Shown piece after piece: positions 60,671 to 64,000 of a stretch of DNA of 64,000 bases. The notes under the pieces were generated by a model. It was not told the origin of the DNA, searched no databases, and worked only from the letters and a program-made list of their open reading frames with translations. How positions within the stretch are numbered: the first letter of the stretch is position 1; each line of letters starts with the position of its first letter. The position numbers were made by a program, and so were the translations under genes. Source of the stretch: Fistulifera solaris (taxonomy: Eukaryota); assembly GCA_030295235.1 (NCBI GenBank), contig AP026130.1:1-64000 (forward strand), given 5' to 3'.

Positions 60671-61247
60671 GGTAATACGTCATACTTTTCGACCTAAACT
60701 TTAATCACTTGCAATGCAAAAGCTGGTAAAGCCTATTTCATTGCAACCACTACAAAATGGAGCTTATCACATTCGCTGAAAGAACGCATTGTAGGCAGGA
60801 TAGTCGCTCGAAAGAATTTGGATCCATGACTGAAGTTAGGCAGACAAAAATTCTGCCATTCTGTGTTTTTTTTGAATTGACGACTCTTCTTTTTTACACT
60901 AGCCGCCTTAGCCCCTGCGGGGATCTTTTCGTTCTGGCCCTTTTTAATATAGTGACAGACACTGACACATTAGAGCGCAAAATTAAATACAGTACGGGAT
61001 TGGATTAATTTTAAGTCGCGGAGGTTTTAAACTAACTCTTTGTGCCATAGTGCTTATCTATTGTTCGTTCGACCCTCATCCGTCTCTTTTTTTACACTCG
61101 GGCCTACAGTGAACTCTGAGCCGTTAAAATTTCGCTTTACTGTACGTGCCCGTTTCCTTTCGACGTCATTTTCCCTTTTTCGCCTCTCATCATTCTCACA
61201 TTCGTTCATCTTTCATTGCTGCTATTCATTGTTGAGAATACACTATC

Positions 61248-62093
61248 ATGATTCCCATTTCCGAATTATTGTTAGAATACATTTGCCCGATTGCTGGAGG
61301 CATGACGGCGACGGTCATGTTTGCCGCGCCGTTGCCAGACGCCTATCGTGCCGTTCGCGATCAGGGACATTTGGGCTCTCTCAATCCTTTGCCGTGGGCG
61401 TTTATGCTCGGGAATTGTTACGGCTGGGTCTTGTATGGTGTTATTCAACGGAATTTCTTTGTGTATTGTGCGAATGTGCCCGGTTTGCTCTTTGCAATTT
61501 GGTTGAATCTACAAGCCGTCAAATTGCAATACAAAAGTTATCCTTGTCAGAAGTATTCTCCCATAAGCCATGCCGAGAATGAAAAGTCATCACCGCAAAT
61601 AGAAGACGGAGAGGCGATGGCTTCTGTGGAAACGAAAAGAGAAGCCTCACCCGCTCCTTTGCGCATGACACAAGACATATGGATATTATTCATGGTCCTC
61701 GTATGGCTATTACTGACTTCCGTTCTCGGCTTCCAAGAAGAAACGATTTCTCCTGACACTCAACAATTACTGATTGGCAGTATTGTCAATCTCAATTTAG
61801 TCATTTTCTACGCCGCGCCCTTATCCACCATTTATACCGTATTGCACACGCAATCCTCGGCTTCGATTCATGTGCCGACGATGTTAACGAACACGGCAAA
61901 TGGAGTCTTTTGGTTTGCGTACGGATTGGCCGTACAAGATTGGTTCATTGCGATACCGAACGGCTTGGGAGCGGCATTGGGAGCGACCCAGATGGTGCTG
62001 AGGGTGCTGTTTCCGGCACAAAAGGTTCAAGCGAATGAGGAAGTGAGTGGTGTTGCCGATGCGAACGTACAAAATCAGGATGATCATTTGTAA
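61248..62093 (+). CDS. SWEET: SWEET (MtN3/saliva) sugar transporter
   Basis: MFAAPL..LGSLNPLPW..NCYGWVLYG; FYAAPLSTI..T..SASI; WFAYGL..D..IAIPNGLG. Confidence 0.92.
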   Translation: MIPISELLLEYICPIAGGMTATVMFAAPLPDAYRAVRDQGHLGSLNPLPWAFMLGNCYGWVLYGVIQRNFFVYCANVPGLLFAIWLNLQAVKLQYKSYPCQKYSPISHAENEKSSPQIEDGEAMASVETKREASPAPLRMTQDIWILFMVLVWLLLTSVLGFQEETISPDTQQLLIGSIVNLNLVIFYAAPLSTIYTVLHTQSSASIHVPTMLTNTANGVFWFAYGLAVQDWFIAIPNGLGAALGATQMVLRVLFPAQKVQANEEVSGVADANVQNQDDHL

Positions 62094-62360
62094 TATATAG
62101 TACGTTAAGAACAGAGAGACATAAAATAGATTTTCATAAAAATGAATAATAATAGAAAAATATTTTTGTCGACTTGCACCATAATGATGCAGTCCATTAT
62201 GACGAAAAGAGAGTCGGCTCTTGATAGAATGAATCACTCAATTGATCGCCGAGAAAACTGAACTTTGATACTACGATTCTCTTTAGCATGTAGTATAAAT
62301 GATCAAAAAATTTACAATAGCCTTATTTAACGCTGTAATGATCTTTCTCTAGTGACTTCA

Positions 62361-64000
62361 CTAGTCGTCGCTTTCCTCGGGCCCGTGGTAAAAATTCCAC
62401 GGCCGAGGACTCAAAACACGGACGCGACCCTGTTTGGTGCCGTACACAAAGCCGTGTCCCGAATCAGGATGGAAGCGAGCAATGTTGACATCATCCATGT
62501 CCGAAAGCATGGTGGATACATGCTGCATGCCACCGCGGATGCGGTACAAGGCACTCACCGGATGATGTGTTCCTTCGGGTTCACGAACACCATATCCTAT
62601 CAAACAAAAATCCGTGGAAGGAGAGTATTTCACGCATGTGACGGCGGAAGCTTTGGCGGGGTCCAATGGACAAGCTTCCAACAGTTGACCCAAACGGGGT
62701 GAATAACCACACGCCACGGCACCGGGATGTTTGCCACGAAGACTGCCGCCCAATTCAACACTTTCGGGAAAAGGGGTTGTATCCAAACTGATTTTTACCA
62801 CGTGAGGGACATAACGGCCAATACCGCGTTGCAAAACTTCTTGAACTCCCGATACACCTGCCGCGACAACCGACAAGGGATGAGGCGGCCGAGCACCACC
62901 CGGTGCCGGCGGCGGCGGAGGAGGGGGTGGCGGCGGAGGTGTTGACATGGTTCGATCCATAGTATCAACCAACACTTCCCGACCCTCCGATTGATGCAAG
63001 CCACCGGCGAAACGACGCCCTGGAGGACTCGGAGGAGATAATTGTTGGGGTTGATCTCGTAAAACTGGAGGCGTCCGCGGTGCAAAATCAGCTGTTTCCG
63101 GTGGTGGCAAGGGAAAAGCAGGGACGGTAGCAACAGATAGAGTTGGTGCCGATGGTGTGCTCAAAACCATCTCGTCACGAAAGGAAGGTGAACGATTGGG
63201 GGATTGTCGCTGAACGGATGAGGAATGGCTTATTAACAAATCGCTCACCCGCACACGCTCACCCATCGCCATGGAAGAAGCATCGGCATCACCGAACGGC
63301 ATGTCTTCATCCGCTTCTTCTTGTACCAACAGATCCATGGCATTGTCGACTCCTTCCGGCAACCAATACTCGGCACATGCACACAACGTCTTTCCATCGG
63401 GCGATACGTCAAATCCTCCATCATTGTACAACAAGGCTCGCGGCACAAACGTTCGAGGCTGCGAAATGCAAGAATGAGTGACGCACACACAACTTCATAT
63501 CGATCTCAACTCGTACGTACATTGGAAATGGCCCGCCGCAACGCTTGCGCTTCCAACGCGACAGTTATATCAAAATCCCACAATCGCAAATAAAAACTCA
63601 TCGTCCCACCACTGCTCAATGCCCGCGCCCGTCGTCGAGGATCTTCATTGGAAGGATTGACTCCACCCACGATAATGGTACGGCCATCCGGTGGGAAGTG
63701 GACGCATCGTAACATGTGTCGCTGATCCATTTCCGTCAATCGATTCGAAGAAGAAGTTGTTTCCTGTGCTTCATTACTAGTACTGTCTTCCTCAAAAGGA
63801 TCCAATCCCCAAAAATGCAATCGCGTCCCGTTCGCAATCGCCAACAACTGTCCCGTGGGATGAAAACTGATACTAATGATGGCATAATCGAGTCGCACCA
63901 TTTGGAGACAAACATGTTTGCGCCAATCCCACAATCGTACTTGATGCCCCAAACAGCCACTGGCGACAATATTCGCGTGTCGGGGATGATATTTGACGGT
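62361..64000 (-). CDS. AMBRA1-like WD40 protein, 5' end outside window (intron 63459-63520)
   Basis: FHPTGQLLAIANG, LRCVHFPPDG, LRLWDFD, YNDGGFDVSPDG, VNIARFHP..GFVYGTKQGRVRV. Confidence 0.8.

Overview
Eukaryotic nuclear DNA, most likely from a pennate diatom: compact genes, short 60-100 bp GT-AG introns, bipartite signal+'AF' plastid presequences and diatom-typical families. The left end (1-1800) holds two linked satellites that may be subtelomeric. About 25 protein genes follow, including PsbP-like, PRP28, EDR2-like, M23 peptidase, PLAC8, MocD-like desaturase, HMG-box, PGP, HSF, CYTH, 2x GNAT, MRS2, NDUFAF7, thioredoxin, 2OG oxygenase, SWEET and AMBRA1-like WD40. Many genes are split by 1-bp indels in homopolymer runs, probably uncorrected long-read errors. 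The best candidate for a novel system is a pair of paralogous, apparently plastid-targeted ~1300-1400 aa proteins (7569-11801 +, 14810-18704 -). Each has a SufE-like domain (one also has a degenerate MnmA-like domain) embedded in long disordered regions of repeated Trp 'sticker'-like motifs (KKGWSP/GWKP, PWDNW, FAIWD, WTGST), reminiscent of pyrenoid condensate proteins. A nested DNA-transposon structure lies at 30155-32296: a 31-bp-TIR, CAG-TSD element interrupted by a long-TIR element carrying G-tracts and a gene-like fragment. All homology calls come from motif recognition by eye; no searches were run.
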